DNA from: a virus | Taxonomy: Duplodnaviria; Caudoviricetes | Reading direction: 5' to 3' (one strand) | Virus record (IMG/VR): IMGVR_UViG_3300042475_000814 | Location: 1 to 58,312 of that record | DNA length: 58,312 nt | In this document: positions 1-8,125 of the stretch, piece by piece | Position numbering within the stretch: position 1 is the first letter of the stretch | How the letters are laid out: every line of letters starts with the position of its first letter | The notes under the pieces: model-generated | What the model was told of the DNA's origin: nothing | Databases searched by the model: none | Seen by the model: only the letters and a program-made list of their open reading frames with translations | Program-made: the position numbers and the translations under genes

Positions 1-124
1 TGCAACTATCTGCACAACCCATTAACGATTCAATATGTTCATTTTCTTTGCAAGCCCAATGGTAAACATCTGAAAGTAAATCCTGTGCTTGTTCTAACTT
101 TTCCATCAATTCACTATGCGTCAT
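1..124 (-). CDS. Small early hypothetical protein, 3' end runs off the window
   Basis: Manual translation MTHSELMEKLEQAQDLLSDVYHWAC...; ATGA overlap with upstream gene, AGGAGG SD. Confidence 0.6.
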   Translation of the reverse strand, partial: MTHSELMEKLEQAQDLLSDVYHWACKENEHIESLMGCADSC

Positions 125-444
125 ACTTCCTCCTCAACAACTTCATCCCAGCACCAACTACACCCGCCAATGGAATAGTATTTCTGTCCATTAATTTCTT
201 CTGCGCCATAATGTTCGTTGTAATCTTCACTCTTTGTAAATTCAATATCGTTGTAAATAAAAGAATCAGTCTCTTCGGAATATCGTAAATTACTTGGCAT
301 CTGCGCCACGATTTCTAAAGCCACTTCCTTGGTAAAGTAGGGGACTGCCCATCCATTCCAAGTGTGGCCATAAGTTAATCCCGCAAACCAAATTTCTGGT
401 TTAAACCCGTCAGTCGTAAAATAAGTTTTTCTAGGTTCATTCAT
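121..444 (-). CDS. Early hypothetical protein (TWNGWAVPYF motif)
   Basis: ORF track 121..468, start moved to the ATG overlapping the upstream stop. Confidence 0.75.
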   Translation of the reverse strand: MNEPRKTYFTTDGFKPEIWFAGLTYGHTWNGWAVPYFTKEVALEIVAQMPSNLRYSEETDSFIYNDIEFTKSEDYNEHYGAEEINGQKYYSIGGCSWCWDEVVEEEV

Positions 445-718
445 CTTTAATCTCCCTTGCGTGTTCACTCCAATCGTTTCTGTCCCATACCCGCCCGTTG
501 TAACTCATAAATCCAAACTCTTTACCATCTTTGAATACCCGTGCAGTTCCCCAGTTGCCAGCACCCAAATTGTTGTCCTCCCGCCAAGCAAAGACCACAT
601 CCCGCAAATCGGTTAGTGTCGGTGCGGATAAAGTCTTGGGCTTAACTCCGTAAGGCGGTGCGCTTGGGTTCTGCCCGTGGTCGGGATTACCCATAATCCT
701 TGGTTTAACTTGAAACAT
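437..718 (-). CDS. Early hypothetical protein (GNPDHGQ / SYNGRVW motifs)
   Basis: ORF track 437..775, start moved to MFQV after GAGGAG SD. Confidence 0.7.
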   Translation of the reverse strand: MFQVKPRIMGNPDHGQNPSAPPYGVKPKTLSAPTLTDLRDVVFAWREDNNLGAGNWGTARVFKDGKEFGFMSYNGRVWDRNDWSEHAREIKDE

Positions 719-863
719 CTTCTTCCTCCTCATCGTTGAAATAACCCTCTCTAGGTTCGGCATAAAATGTAACAATTAGGTTACCCCTGTCATCCCATGA
801 CATAGCCCAATCTTTATGGCCAAACTCATCTTTGCAATACATATCTAATAAATCACTATTCAT
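705..863 (-). CDS. Small acidic early protein (52 aa)
   Basis: Manual translation MNSDLLDMYCKDEFG...EEEEDVSS; AAGGGG SD; fills the gap between neighbours. Confidence 0.6.
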   Translation of the reverse strand: MNSDLLDMYCKDEFGHKDWAMSWDDRGNLIVTFYAEPREGYFNDEEEEDVSS

Positions 864-872
864 ATAATCCCC

Positions 873-1130
873 TTAAAGAACAGATAAATACTTTTTTAAC
901 ACTTCAAAATCTTCCTGTGGTATTTCTTTAAAGCCAGCATCGGATATCAATGTCCCATAACACCAATACCCATCATGGCTTTTATCCCAATCATCATCAT
1001 CACAACTTCTCCATTCCTGTGCGGTTTTATTGGCATACGCATTAGGATTCCTTGCAACAGAAAACAAATACTTTGTGTGATACTCAAACTCCCCATTCGT
1101 TTCTTTAATTTCTCCTATGTAATATTTCAT
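873..1130 (-). CDS. Early hypothetical protein
   Basis: ORF track, ATGA coupling. Confidence 0.7.
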   Translation of the reverse strand: MKYYIGEIKETNGEFEYHTKYLFSVARNPNAYANKTAQEWRSCDDDDWDKSHDGYWCYGTLISDAGFKEIPQEDFEVLKKYLSVL

Positions 1131-1819
1131 ACTAACTCCTCTAACTCAGCCCGTAATTCTTCTATTTCAGCCTTATACTTTGCACAAGTCTCCGCACAAC
1201 TCTCGCCCTCGATTTTCTCGATTAGTTCGTCAATACTCTCTTGTAGATGTTCTATATCCCATTCCACCATACTGCTAGAGATATTAAATATTTGGTCAAT
1301 TTCATCGGGGATGTTTTCAGTAACCCATTTAGAATTACCGGTAATTTGGTAACTTTCGTCATAATCATCAGACCAAGCACCACAAAAACTCATACCACTT
1401 TCATAGTAATAAGCCCGCACATTAAATCCGAGATAAACTAACTTTTCAAAGAATTGAATAGGCGGACTCCATGCGCTTAAAAATGATAAGGATATAGAAT
1501 TGGCAGACTCTTTATATACATTACCATCCCCACCACCGCCCGACCTTCCTACATCCCACTTAGTTCCCCAATTAGACACTTGCCAATCATACCAATCCTT
1601 AGAGCCAAACCATTTACGATTAAGGGTTTGTTTTAACTCTAATAACTCCTGTTCATATGTTCCCGTGCCACAAAATCCCGATACTGTTTCGTGTAATTCT
1701 TTAGGGCATGGATGGAATTCGTTCATCAATTCGCCACGCATAAACGCCTGTTCTGCTCGTTCAATCATGGACGCATCATTGTGTTGTAAATATACTGTGT
1801 TATCGCACCAATTAGGCAT
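1127..1819 (-). CDS. YubB/DUF1281-like ferredoxin-domain protein
   Basis: MPNWCDN start, WYDWQVSNWGTKWD, SAWSPP and YYESGMSFCG motifs. Confidence 0.8.
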   Translation of the reverse strand: MPNWCDNTVYLQHNDASMIERAEQAFMRGELMNEFHPCPKELHETVSGFCGTGTYEQELLELKQTLNRKWFGSKDWYDWQVSNWGTKWDVGRSGGGGDGNVYKESANSISLSFLSAWSPPIQFFEKLVYLGFNVRAYYYESGMSFCGAWSDDYDESYQITGNSKWVTENIPDEIDQIFNISSSMVEWDIEHLQESIDELIEKIEGESCAETCAKYKAEIEELRAELEELV

Positions 1820-2021
1820 TTTGCAACTCCTTTATTTCGTTAAAAGTTATAGACAGTTCCATTTTGTAATTACCTTTTTCCCAAATCTCTAGCCATTTTT
1901 TTTCGGAAAGAACATCTAAAATCTTGCCTTGTAAAACACCCCATAATTCGTCATAGGAATTGGGATATTTAGCGTCAAGCACATCAACCATCTCCATTTG
2001 GTTTAGTGTAAATTTAGGCAT
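1812..2021 (-). CDS. Early hypothetical protein
   Basis: ORF track, ATGCCTAA overlap. Confidence 0.7.
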   Translation of the reverse strand: MPKFTLNQMEMVDVLDAKYPNSYDELWGVLQGKILDVLSEKKWLEIWEKGNYKMELSITFNEIKELQNA

Positions 2022-2193
2022 TTGTAATCTCCTCTATTTCAGTTATTTGAAAATCATGTCCGTCTGTTACATCCCCATAATCAAAATCAATTTCTCCGTC
2101 ATAAATCATTTCTCTAACTTGTTCGGGAGAATCAGCCTCTACTTCTTTCATGTAATAAATTACTTCACTTGCAAAAGCATAATATTTAGGCAT
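2014..2193 (-). CDS. Small acidic early protein (59 aa)
   Basis: Manual translation MPKYYAFASEVIYYMKEVEADSPEQ...ITNA; overlaps both neighbours by ATGCCTAA. Confidence 0.7.
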   Translation of the reverse strand: MPKYYAFASEVIYYMKEVEADSPEQVREMIYDGEIDFDYGDVTDGHDFQITEIEEITNA

Positions 2194-2413
2194 TTTCTAA
2201 ACCCTCCGTATTTAAATCAAAAAGTGGCAATTCATCTAAAAATTCGTCATATGCTTGGTCGTATTCAATATCAATTAAATCGGAAAAAACTGATTCAAAA
2301 TTGTTTTCAATAAACCCGTCCTCAGTAGTCCATTTAATTCTTACATCACGCCCTTTGTGATTGACAATACAATCAACATACATATCTATGTAATTAAATC
2401 GTGTAAGTTTCAT
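2186..2413 (-). CDS. Acidic early hypothetical protein
   Basis: ORF track 2186..2464, start moved to MKLT. Confidence 0.65.
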   Translation of the reverse strand: MKLTRFNYIDMYVDCIVNHKGRDVRIKWTTEDGFIENNFESVFSDLIDIEYDQAYDEFLDELPLFDLNTEGLENA

Positions 2414-2598
2414 AAATTCCCCTCTATGGTTTGAAAACAATGCGACACTTCCCCGTCTACCCAACTATCATTTGATTCCCCGCCCTGTTCGTGGATACTC
2501 ATACCCCGCTTGATAGCATCTTGCTCGGTATGAGCCTCAACTTCGTAAACATGAGTCCACTCTTGCTGGCTGGAAACATATACTTGGTATGTCTTCAT
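2410..2598 (-). CDS. Small early protein (EVEAxxExDA motif, DpnD/PcfM-like)
   Basis: ORF track; motif resemblance only. Confidence 0.6.
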   Translation of the reverse strand: MKTYQVYVSSQQEWTHVYEVEAHTEQDAIKRGMSIHEQGGESNDSWVDGEVSHCFQTIEGNL

Positions 2599-2853
2599 TT
2601 AAACCCCCCATTGTTGTAAATTTCTAACCCAAGAATCATAGTTAGAATGTTCTTCAATAAAATTAATCTTCTTACCTTGTTTCTCCATCTCGTTTAAGAA
2701 AATAGGTAAATCGCAGTCCTCTTCTAAATAAGCCTTGTTGCCTTTGACATACGAATACCGGCTAATCTGATTGGCTATCTGTAATTCGTTTATTAAGTCT
2801 ATTGATACTTCACCCCAGCCATGAGCCGGATCGCATATAAATCTCAAGTCCAT
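2599..2853 (-). CDS. Conserved phage hypothetical protein (DPxHGW...YLEEDCD)
   Basis: ORF track; recurrent phage motif. Confidence 0.75.
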   Translation of the reverse strand: MDLRFICDPAHGWGEVSIDLINELQIANQISRYSYVKGNKAYLEEDCDLPIFLNEMEKQGKKINFIEEHSNYDSWVRNLQQWGV

Positions 2854-2864
2854 AAAACCCCCTA

Positions 2865-3041
2865 TTAAAAATTGTTTAAATAATTTTGTTGTTCTGTTTC
2901 AGTTTTAAACCACGCAACATCATACGGAAAATCATCATCGTCATAACTGTAAACACCATAAATAAATCCGTTGTTATCATCCCCGTAAAAGTCCTCTAAC
3001 TCCTCATCAAACCAATTTACTTTTCTATGATTTGTTACCAT
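2865..3041 (-). CDS. Small highly acidic early protein (58 aa)
   Basis: Manual translation MVTNHRKVNWFDEELEDFYGDD...; first gene after the 3081-3109 promoter. Confidence 0.6.
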   Translation of the reverse strand: MVTNHRKVNWFDEELEDFYGDDNNGFIYGVYSYDDDDFPYDVAWFKTETEQQNYLNNF

Positions 3042-3080
3042 ATACCCCCCTTAACATGAATTAAAAAATACTCTACACCC

Positions 3081-3109
3081 ATGATATTTACTAATTTCAT
3101 AAATGTAAA
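3081..3109 (-). promoter_or_regulatory. Sigma70-type early promoter
   Basis: TTTACA-17 bp-TATCAT on the minus strand, A-rich upstream. Confidence 0.65.
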
Positions 3110-3203
3110 GTGTTTTTTTAACTATTTGCAAAAATAACAACAAAACTATAATAGCCCATCACCACGCCCGCTATCGTGGCCACAATCCAATCCCATGTCC
3201 CGT

Positions 3204-3404
3204 TCATGCTTTCACCTCATAAAAATCCTCTTCTTTGCCGTTCATGGTTTTTTTGTCTGAATGGGTTAGTCCAATGTAGTAATCATTAAATTTTGAATGG
3301 ATTAAGTATTGCCCTATGCTATCTTTTATAACCTCGTAATTATCGTTATGCCAATACACTTTCCCGCCTTGTTTAATTGTTTCTTTAATTTCATCTAATG
3401 TCAT
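3204..3404 (-). CDS. Early hypothetical protein
   Basis: ORF track. Confidence 0.7.
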   Translation of the reverse strand: MTLDEIKETIKQGGKVYWHNDNYEVIKDSIGQYLIHSKFNDYYIGLTHSDKKTMNGKEEDFYEVKA

Positions 3405-3544
3405 GGCTTGTCCTTTTTAAGTTCGTCAATTTGTTTCTGTAATCGTTCAATGGCTAACCTACACCTGTCTTGCTGGCGTTTATCCTTGGAATTGTTTAAT
3501 ACATGGGTTTGCCAATAGATATCGTTTTCTAGCGTTTTAATCAT
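3401..3544 (-). CDS. Small early protein (47 aa)
   Basis: Manual translation MIKTLENDIYWQ...; ATGA coupled on both sides. Confidence 0.55.
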   Translation of the reverse strand: MIKTLENDIYWQTHVLNNSKDKRQQDRCRLAIERLQKQIDELKKDKP

Positions 3545-3744
3545 GTTAAGGCCTCTATCTCGTGGAATTGTGTTATCCCGTCTGATAAGTCTAGCCTGTC
3601 CCCCTTTTCAAGTTTTAAAATGTAATGCCGGTTTTCTGCCGTATAGCCGTTATCATCATTAAAAAAGTGAAATTCTTGCACTTCAAAATGGTCAAATTCT
3701 AGGTATTTGCCAGCGTGTCCCCATTTGCATAAATATTTAGTCAT
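3541..3744 (-). CDS. Early hypothetical protein
   Basis: ORF track, overlaps neighbours. Confidence 0.65.
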   Translation of the reverse strand: MTKYLCKWGHAGKYLEFDHFEVQEFHFFNDDNGYTAENRHYILKLEKGDRLDLSDGITQFHEIEALT

Positions 3745-3970
3745 AATTTTCCTCTAAAGTATCAAAATAATCATGCTCAACAATTCCGTGGTCTAAGCAT
3801 AAATCCACGAATTTATCCGCTAGTTCTTTATTTGAAATAATAGCGTCAATTAATAACTGCTCAAATTGGCATCTATCCTCAAACTCTATATCTTGCCCAG
3901 CCCAATCAAAATTATCTGTTAATCGTGCTATGCAAGCGTAAACCCAATTATCTAATTCAATATTTTGCAT
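3737..3970 (-). CDS. Acidic early hypothetical protein
   Basis: ORF track. Confidence 0.65.
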   Translation of the reverse strand: MQNIELDNWVYACIARLTDNFDWAGQDIEFEDRCQFEQLLIDAIISNKELADKFVDLCLDHGIVEHDYFDTLEENYD

Positions 3971-4239
3971 TTTAATAACCCTTTTAAAAGTTCGTTAAGT
4001 TCTCTGCGTCTATCGTCCCATAGACTGCACCAATAAATAAAATCCCCGTCAATCTGCGCTTGCTCTGCGGTTAGTGGCTCGGTTTGTTCGTATTCGTCCC
4101 GTTCAATTTCTTGATGGTCATTAAACACGGGTAAGTAGATATCTAATAGCCTTTTAATACGCCTATCATTCTTCCAAAGTCTGCGATTAAACTCACAATC
4201 TGCAAGCCCGTGCGTTTCCATTTCCTGTAATAAACTCAT
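3952..4239 (-). CDS. Early hypothetical protein
   Basis: ORF track, AAGGAG SD. Confidence 0.65.
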   Translation of the reverse strand: MSLLQEMETHGLADCEFNRRLWKNDRRIKRLLDIYLPVFNDHQEIERDEYEQTEPLTAEQAQIDGDFIYWCSLWDDRRRELNELLKGLLKCKILN

Positions 4240-4241
4240 AA

Positions 4242-4421
4242 TTAAAACTCCCTTTCTTCGTCAATTTCTTCCGTCTCGGTATCGAAGTCTAAAATATAAA
4301 GCCCGTTATCTTCAGCCCAATTAATAAATTTACAATAGGCGTCTTCGGGACTAACTGCCCTAAATTTTTCATGTCCCGTTTGTGTTTCCGCCTTGTAATA
4401 AAAAGTATAAATTTCTCTCAT
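4242..4421 (-). CDS. Small acidic early protein (59 aa)
   Basis: Manual translation MREIYTFYYKAETQTG...EERSF. Confidence 0.55.
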   Translation of the reverse strand: MREIYTFYYKAETQTGHEKFRAVSPEDAYCKFINWAEDNGLYILDFDTETEEIDEEREF

Positions 4422-4422
4422 G

Positions 4423-4626
4423 TCATGCCCTGTTTATATAAAGTTTTAAAGATATTTCTTGCATTTGGTGGCGTAAATTTGGATAGCCTTTACTAAACCA
4501 TAGGACTAACAAGCGTTCCGTATCGTTTAATAATGGGCTTTTAATAACCCGTTTTAATGCTCTATCGTTCCAATAATTGCCTGTTGCTATGTTCGATAAG
4601 TGCTGGCTCAGTCTGATATATTTCAT
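4423..4626 (-). CDS. Basic early hypothetical protein
   Basis: ORF track. Confidence 0.6.
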   Translation of the reverse strand: MKYIRLSQHLSNIATGNYWNDRALKRVIKSPLLNDTERLLVLWFSKGYPNLRHQMQEISLKLYINRA

Positions 4627-4668
4627 TATGTCCCTTTCTTTGCCCGCTTTTTAGGGCGGGCGGTTGGT

Positions 4669-4842
4669 TTAATAGTCTTGCAAGTAATCTTCAAGTGAAG
4701 TGATAAGCCCGTCAAAATCCTCATTTTGGCCTAAAAATTCGGCTAACATAAATACAGTCCCTTTATCTGTGCCAAAATCATCCGCTAGATTTTCTAAATA
4801 TTCCGTGCGGTTCTTAAAGCCGTTTTCTACATAAACATTCAT
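4669..4842 (-). CDS. Small acidic phage protein (57 aa; ENGFKNRxEYL...EDFDGL)
   Basis: Manual translation; GAGGGG SD. Confidence 0.7.
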   Translation of the reverse strand: MNVYVENGFKNRTEYLENLADDFGTDKGTVFMLAEFLGQNEDFDGLITSLEDYLQDY

Positions 4843-4912
4843 ATAATCCCCTCAAGTGTAAGATGCAAAATAGCATCACATAACCCGCTAATGGCGGGCT
4901 ATATGCTGATAT

Positions 4913-5245
4913 TTATACTTCCTCGTGATTAGTTTCCCAATTAGTTATATATTCATCGGCATACCACTCAGCGACAAACCATACAACGGCATTTTTAAAT
5001 TGTGTAGCACTATCAAGGTTTTTTATAATATAATCCGGCATCTCGCCCGTCATATCCTTGTATTCGCTTAATATGTCGTGTAACTCATCTGCGAACGCAT
5101 CATATATAGCGTTTGTTTCGTTGTAATAAATAAGCCCGCTAATTCCGTTTTGGCATCCTGAGTGATTAATATTCAAATAATCATCATGTTCGTAAGTCTC
5201 AATCATCCATTGTTTAAAAGTATTAAATTTTGCGTAATCGTTCAT
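4913..5245 (-). CDS. Acidic early protein (GCxxGxxGLIYY motif)
   Basis: ORF track; recurrent phage family, function unknown. Confidence 0.75.
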   Translation of the reverse strand: MNDYAKFNTFKQWMIETYEHDDYLNINHSGCQNGISGLIYYNETNAIYDAFADELHDILSEYKDMTGEMPDYIIKNLDSATQFKNAVVWFVAEWYADEYITNWETNHEEV

Positions 5246-5247
5246 TT

Positions 5248-5547
5248 TTAAGTCCTTGCTGGTTGGGTTTGTGAAATATGGAAAACTGCAACATTTTTAG
5301 GGCGTTTGTATTCTGTCCCGTCTTTTGCTTTCATGTTTAGCCATGTTAATATTTTTACGCCCGTCTCATAGCGTTTTACTCTGCGCCCTTTGGCGTTCCA
5401 AGCCTGTAAAGTCAATACATTTACCCTAGGGTGTATTTCCTCGGCTGGTAATCCCTTGGACTGAAAGCCGGCCATTATGCGCCCGTAGTTCATCATGGAA
5501 GTATTACCGGTTGCCCGTTCTAGGGCTATTTGTGCGTAATCTATCAT
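5248..5547 (-). CDS. ArdC N-terminal-like ssDNA-binding domain protein
   Basis: TLQAWNAKGRRVKRYETG and VFHISQT resemble the ArdC-N TxxQW..G..V.KGE.G / VF..SQT pattern. Confidence 0.65.
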   Translation of the reverse strand: MIDYAQIALERATGNTSMMNYGRIMAGFQSKGLPAEEIHPRVNVLTLQAWNAKGRRVKRYETGVKILTWLNMKAKDGTEYKRPKNVAVFHISQTQPART

Positions 5548-5792
5548 GCTTTCACCTGTAAATTAAATTGTAAACAGTTAGCCCATAAATTCGTTATATC
5601 ATCCCGATTAAAATCGGGTTCATCATGTGGGGGGTAATCCATTAATTCTAAATTACTATTCCCGTATTCCCGTTTTAAGTGGGCTAAAAAGTGGTTTAAT
5701 TCTTTTTCTTCGTTATCCTCTAAGCCCGTATAATCTCCGTTTATGAGTGCGCTGGCGTAGTGGCTGGCTATATTAAAAATGTAAGTATTCAT
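5544..5792 (-). CDS. Early hypothetical protein (ALINGDYTGL motif, DUF6926-like)
   Basis: ORF track; motif recalled from memory. Confidence 0.65.
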   Translation of the reverse strand: MNTYIFNIASHYASALINGDYTGLEDNEEKELNHFLAHLKREYGNSNLELMDYPPHDEPDFNRDDITNLWANCLQFNLQVKA

Positions 5793-5801
5793 TATTTCCC
5801 C

Positions 5802-5996
5802 TTATAAAATATCTGCATAAACTTCGGATTTAAACTCATTTATTCTCAATAAAATATCATTCACATTGACCAAATTATCATTGTGAAATTTTCTAGATTG
5901 CATATATCCTTGTAATTCAGTCATAAATCTAGCGTAATCAATTAAACGCATACGCAATTCTTCGTTCTCTAGTTCTAATGATTTAATATAGTTCAT
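5802..5996 (-). CDS. Early hypothetical protein
   Basis: ORF track, AGGGG SD. Confidence 0.65.
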   Translation of the reverse strand: MNYIKSLELENEELRMRLIDYARFMTELQGYMQSRKFHNDNLVNVNDILLRINEFKSEVYADIL

Positions 5997-6338
5997 AATA
6001 TTTCCCCTAAATCAAAATAAGAATAATTCCCGTCATCTTCTTTTAATCGCACGGGGTTTTTTGCCTCATTGATTAAATTATTCAATTCCTCAAACATACT
6101 GCCGTCGCCGTTCTCACTTCCTAGATACCAACTATTTGCTGGTATATCTTTGTAATTTGTGTAAGTTTGCATAATTTCCCCCTTAGTGTCCGCAAGCGGT
6201 TAAAAATTTATCAATATCAAAATTAGGGTTAAAATCCACAAACTTCATGGCTAACTCTAAGCATAGGGATTTTTCAGCCCTATTAAATTTCAATGTTCCT
6301 GCTATCGTTTCAAAATGTTTTCTGCTCATGCTATCCCC

Positions 6339-6524
6339 TTAAATTTTAAAAGTTGGTTGTATTACTTCGAATGTAAAACCCATATTCTTGGCGGTGGCTA
6401 GTGTGCTAGTTGTAAGCGTTTTAGTCCCAGCAAGTTGGGCTAAATACTTGGCGGTATTATTTACGGGGTATATTGCCTTATTCCCGTAAACTTCCCGTAT
6501 TTCAATTTCTGCTATTGTGTTCAT
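6339..6524 (-). CDS. Early hypothetical protein (VYG...YP...LAGTKTLT)
   Basis: ORF track; recurrent phage motif. Confidence 0.75.
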   Translation of the reverse strand: MNTIAEIEIREVYGNKAIYPVNNTAKYLAQLAGTKTLTTSTLATAKNMGFTFEVIQPTFKI

Positions 6525-6643
6525 ATAATCCTTATTAGTTGTAAAGTGCTATCCAATTACTATAAGCATTGATAATTGATAAAATCAATGGTGAGACTAC
6601 TAAAAGCGTGATAATAAAAATGTGGTAGGGTTTCATAAAATCC

Positions 6644-6829
6644 TTAATAAGTTCGTGCGGTTGGAAATAATGGCGAGTGTCCCCAAATAACGATATCTAA
6701 AGCGATATACTGCTCAACGGGTATTTTGTGCTGGTTTTCAGCCATAGAACTCAAAGTCTGTCGAACTGTGGGGATATTGTTCTCTGTTTTATAAGTTAAA
6801 ACAATTTTTTTTGCTTGCTCTAAATTCAT
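6644..6829 (-). CDS. First gene of the early leftward operon, hypothetical
   Basis: ORF track, GAGG SD. Confidence 0.6.
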   Translation of the reverse strand: MNLEQAKKIVLTYKTENNIPTVRQTLSSMAENQHKIPVEQYIALDIVIWGHSPLFPTARTY

Positions 6830-6898
6830 GGTTAAACCCTCTATATATATGGTTAAGATAACTACAATGTATTACTAAACTACTAATTCATGTGTTAG

Positions 6899-6926
6899 AT
6901 ATTATCATATACAACGGGCTTGTCAA
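6899..6926 (-). promoter_or_regulatory. Putative early leftward promoter
   Basis: TTGACA-16 bp-TAATAT with extended -10 TG on the minus strand. Confidence 0.5.
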
Positions 6927-6973
6927 TACTTTTGTTTACTATTTTTGTAAATAATATACTATCGGTTTCCCTA

Positions 6974-7030
6974 ATGGGTTTGTATACAGTAAAGCCGGCA
7001 TTGTAAACAGTCCGGATATCGTGCTAGAAT
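6974..7030 (+). promoter_or_regulatory. Rightward terS promoter overlapped by two SOS-box-like 16-mers
   Basis: TTGTAA (7001)-18 bp-TG-C-TAGAAT (7025); repeats TTGTAwACAGT 21 bp apart. Confidence 0.45.
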
Positions 7031-7060
7031 ATTCTTACTTTATACCCTACTAATAGAACC

Positions 7061-7987
7061 ATGATAGACAAAAAGCCCGCCAATAAAATCAAGTTGAATA
7101 GAACACAAATAAGGGAAGGACTAAAGCAAATCCCTATAGAGTCCATCATTATGGGTGAGGGTAAGAAAAGAACACTCACAACAAAACAGAAAGGATTTAT
7201 TAAAGATGTCGCACTAGGTAAAACTAAAGCACAGGCATACAGGGATAACTATAACTCTAAGACTACTAAGAAACTACAAGGGGATGCTGGTTATAAGTTA
7301 TCCGCTAAACCCGTAATAAATGCTGAGATAGAGGCGTTTAAGTTGGCGCTAGAGGCACAAGCACATTATGAGGGTAGCAACCTTAAGGCGTTAATACTCC
7401 ATCAACTAACAATTCACGCCCTTAGTCCTGAGACACCGCCTGCTACTCGTGTGCGTGCGCTGGAATTGCTGGGTAAAAGTTACGATGTCGGACTGTTTGT
7501 AGAACGGAAGGAAATAACTACAATTAATAGTTCGATGGATGCAAAGAATAAACTCATGAAACAATTAAAAGATGCGCTCAGCAGGAACGCCATTACAATA
7601 GATTACAACATGACGGGTGAAAGTTTACTAGATGAAATCAAGGGAACGCCCACGGCTAACCAATCCGCAGAACCGCAGACGCACCGCACCCCCGCAAGCC
7701 AAAATGACCGCCATGACACGCCATCGGATACGCATAGTATTCCACACGCTAAATCACCACAAAATGACGCACAACCCATTGATTCCATTGAGGAAAAACC
7801 CCAAGTGGTAACGTTACCACATGACATAAACAACATTAAAGTTGATGCGCAAGTCATTGATTCTGAAGAAGAAAAAAAAGAAGAGGGGGAGGGGGTATTA
7901 AATGTTTGGGAGGAGTCTGAAGAGTCTATACAGGAAGACCCCCCCGTCAATGTTTGGAAAGAAAAGGGGGTGGGGGGTGGAAAATGA
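7061..7987 (+). CDS. terS: Terminase small subunit-like protein with long acidic, low-complexity C-terminus
   Basis: LTTKQKGFI...GKTKAQAYRDNY HTH pattern, RVRALELLGK, position upstream of TerL. Confidence 0.7.
   Translation: MIDKKPANKIKLNRTQIREGLKQIPIESIIMGEGKKRTLTTKQKGFIKDVALGKTKAQAYRDNYNSKTTKKLQGDAGYKLSAKPVINAEIEAFKLALEAQAHYEGSNLKALILHQLTIHALSPETPPATRVRALELLGKSYDVGLFVERKEITTINSSMDAKNKLMKQLKDALSRNAITIDYNMTGESLLDEIKGTPTANQSAEPQTHRTPASQNDRHDTPSDTHSIPHAKSPQNDAQPIDSIEEKPQVVTLPHDINNIKVDAQVIDSEEEKKEEGEGVLNVWEESEESIQEDPPVNVWKEKGVGGGK
7805..7820. repeat. Perfect 16-bp palindrome GTGGTAACGTTACCAC, copy 1
   Basis: Identical copies at 40692 and 54790. Confidence 0.95.
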
Positions 7988-8125
7988 AGAATTTAAGAGA
8001 AAGATGCGTTCTGTAGACGTAGACAAGGCTATAGAGTTGATGTTAGAGTTCCAACGCCGCTGGGAATTAGCGGGCGTGATCGCACGAGGATGGATAGCGA
8101 GTGCGCAGTCGAAGACGAGACAGAA

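Noticed and set aside
85-2313. Plus-strand ORFs 85..288, 975..1352, 1247..1441, 1500..1892, 1960..2313
   Set aside because: Antisense shadows of tightly coupled minus-strand genes
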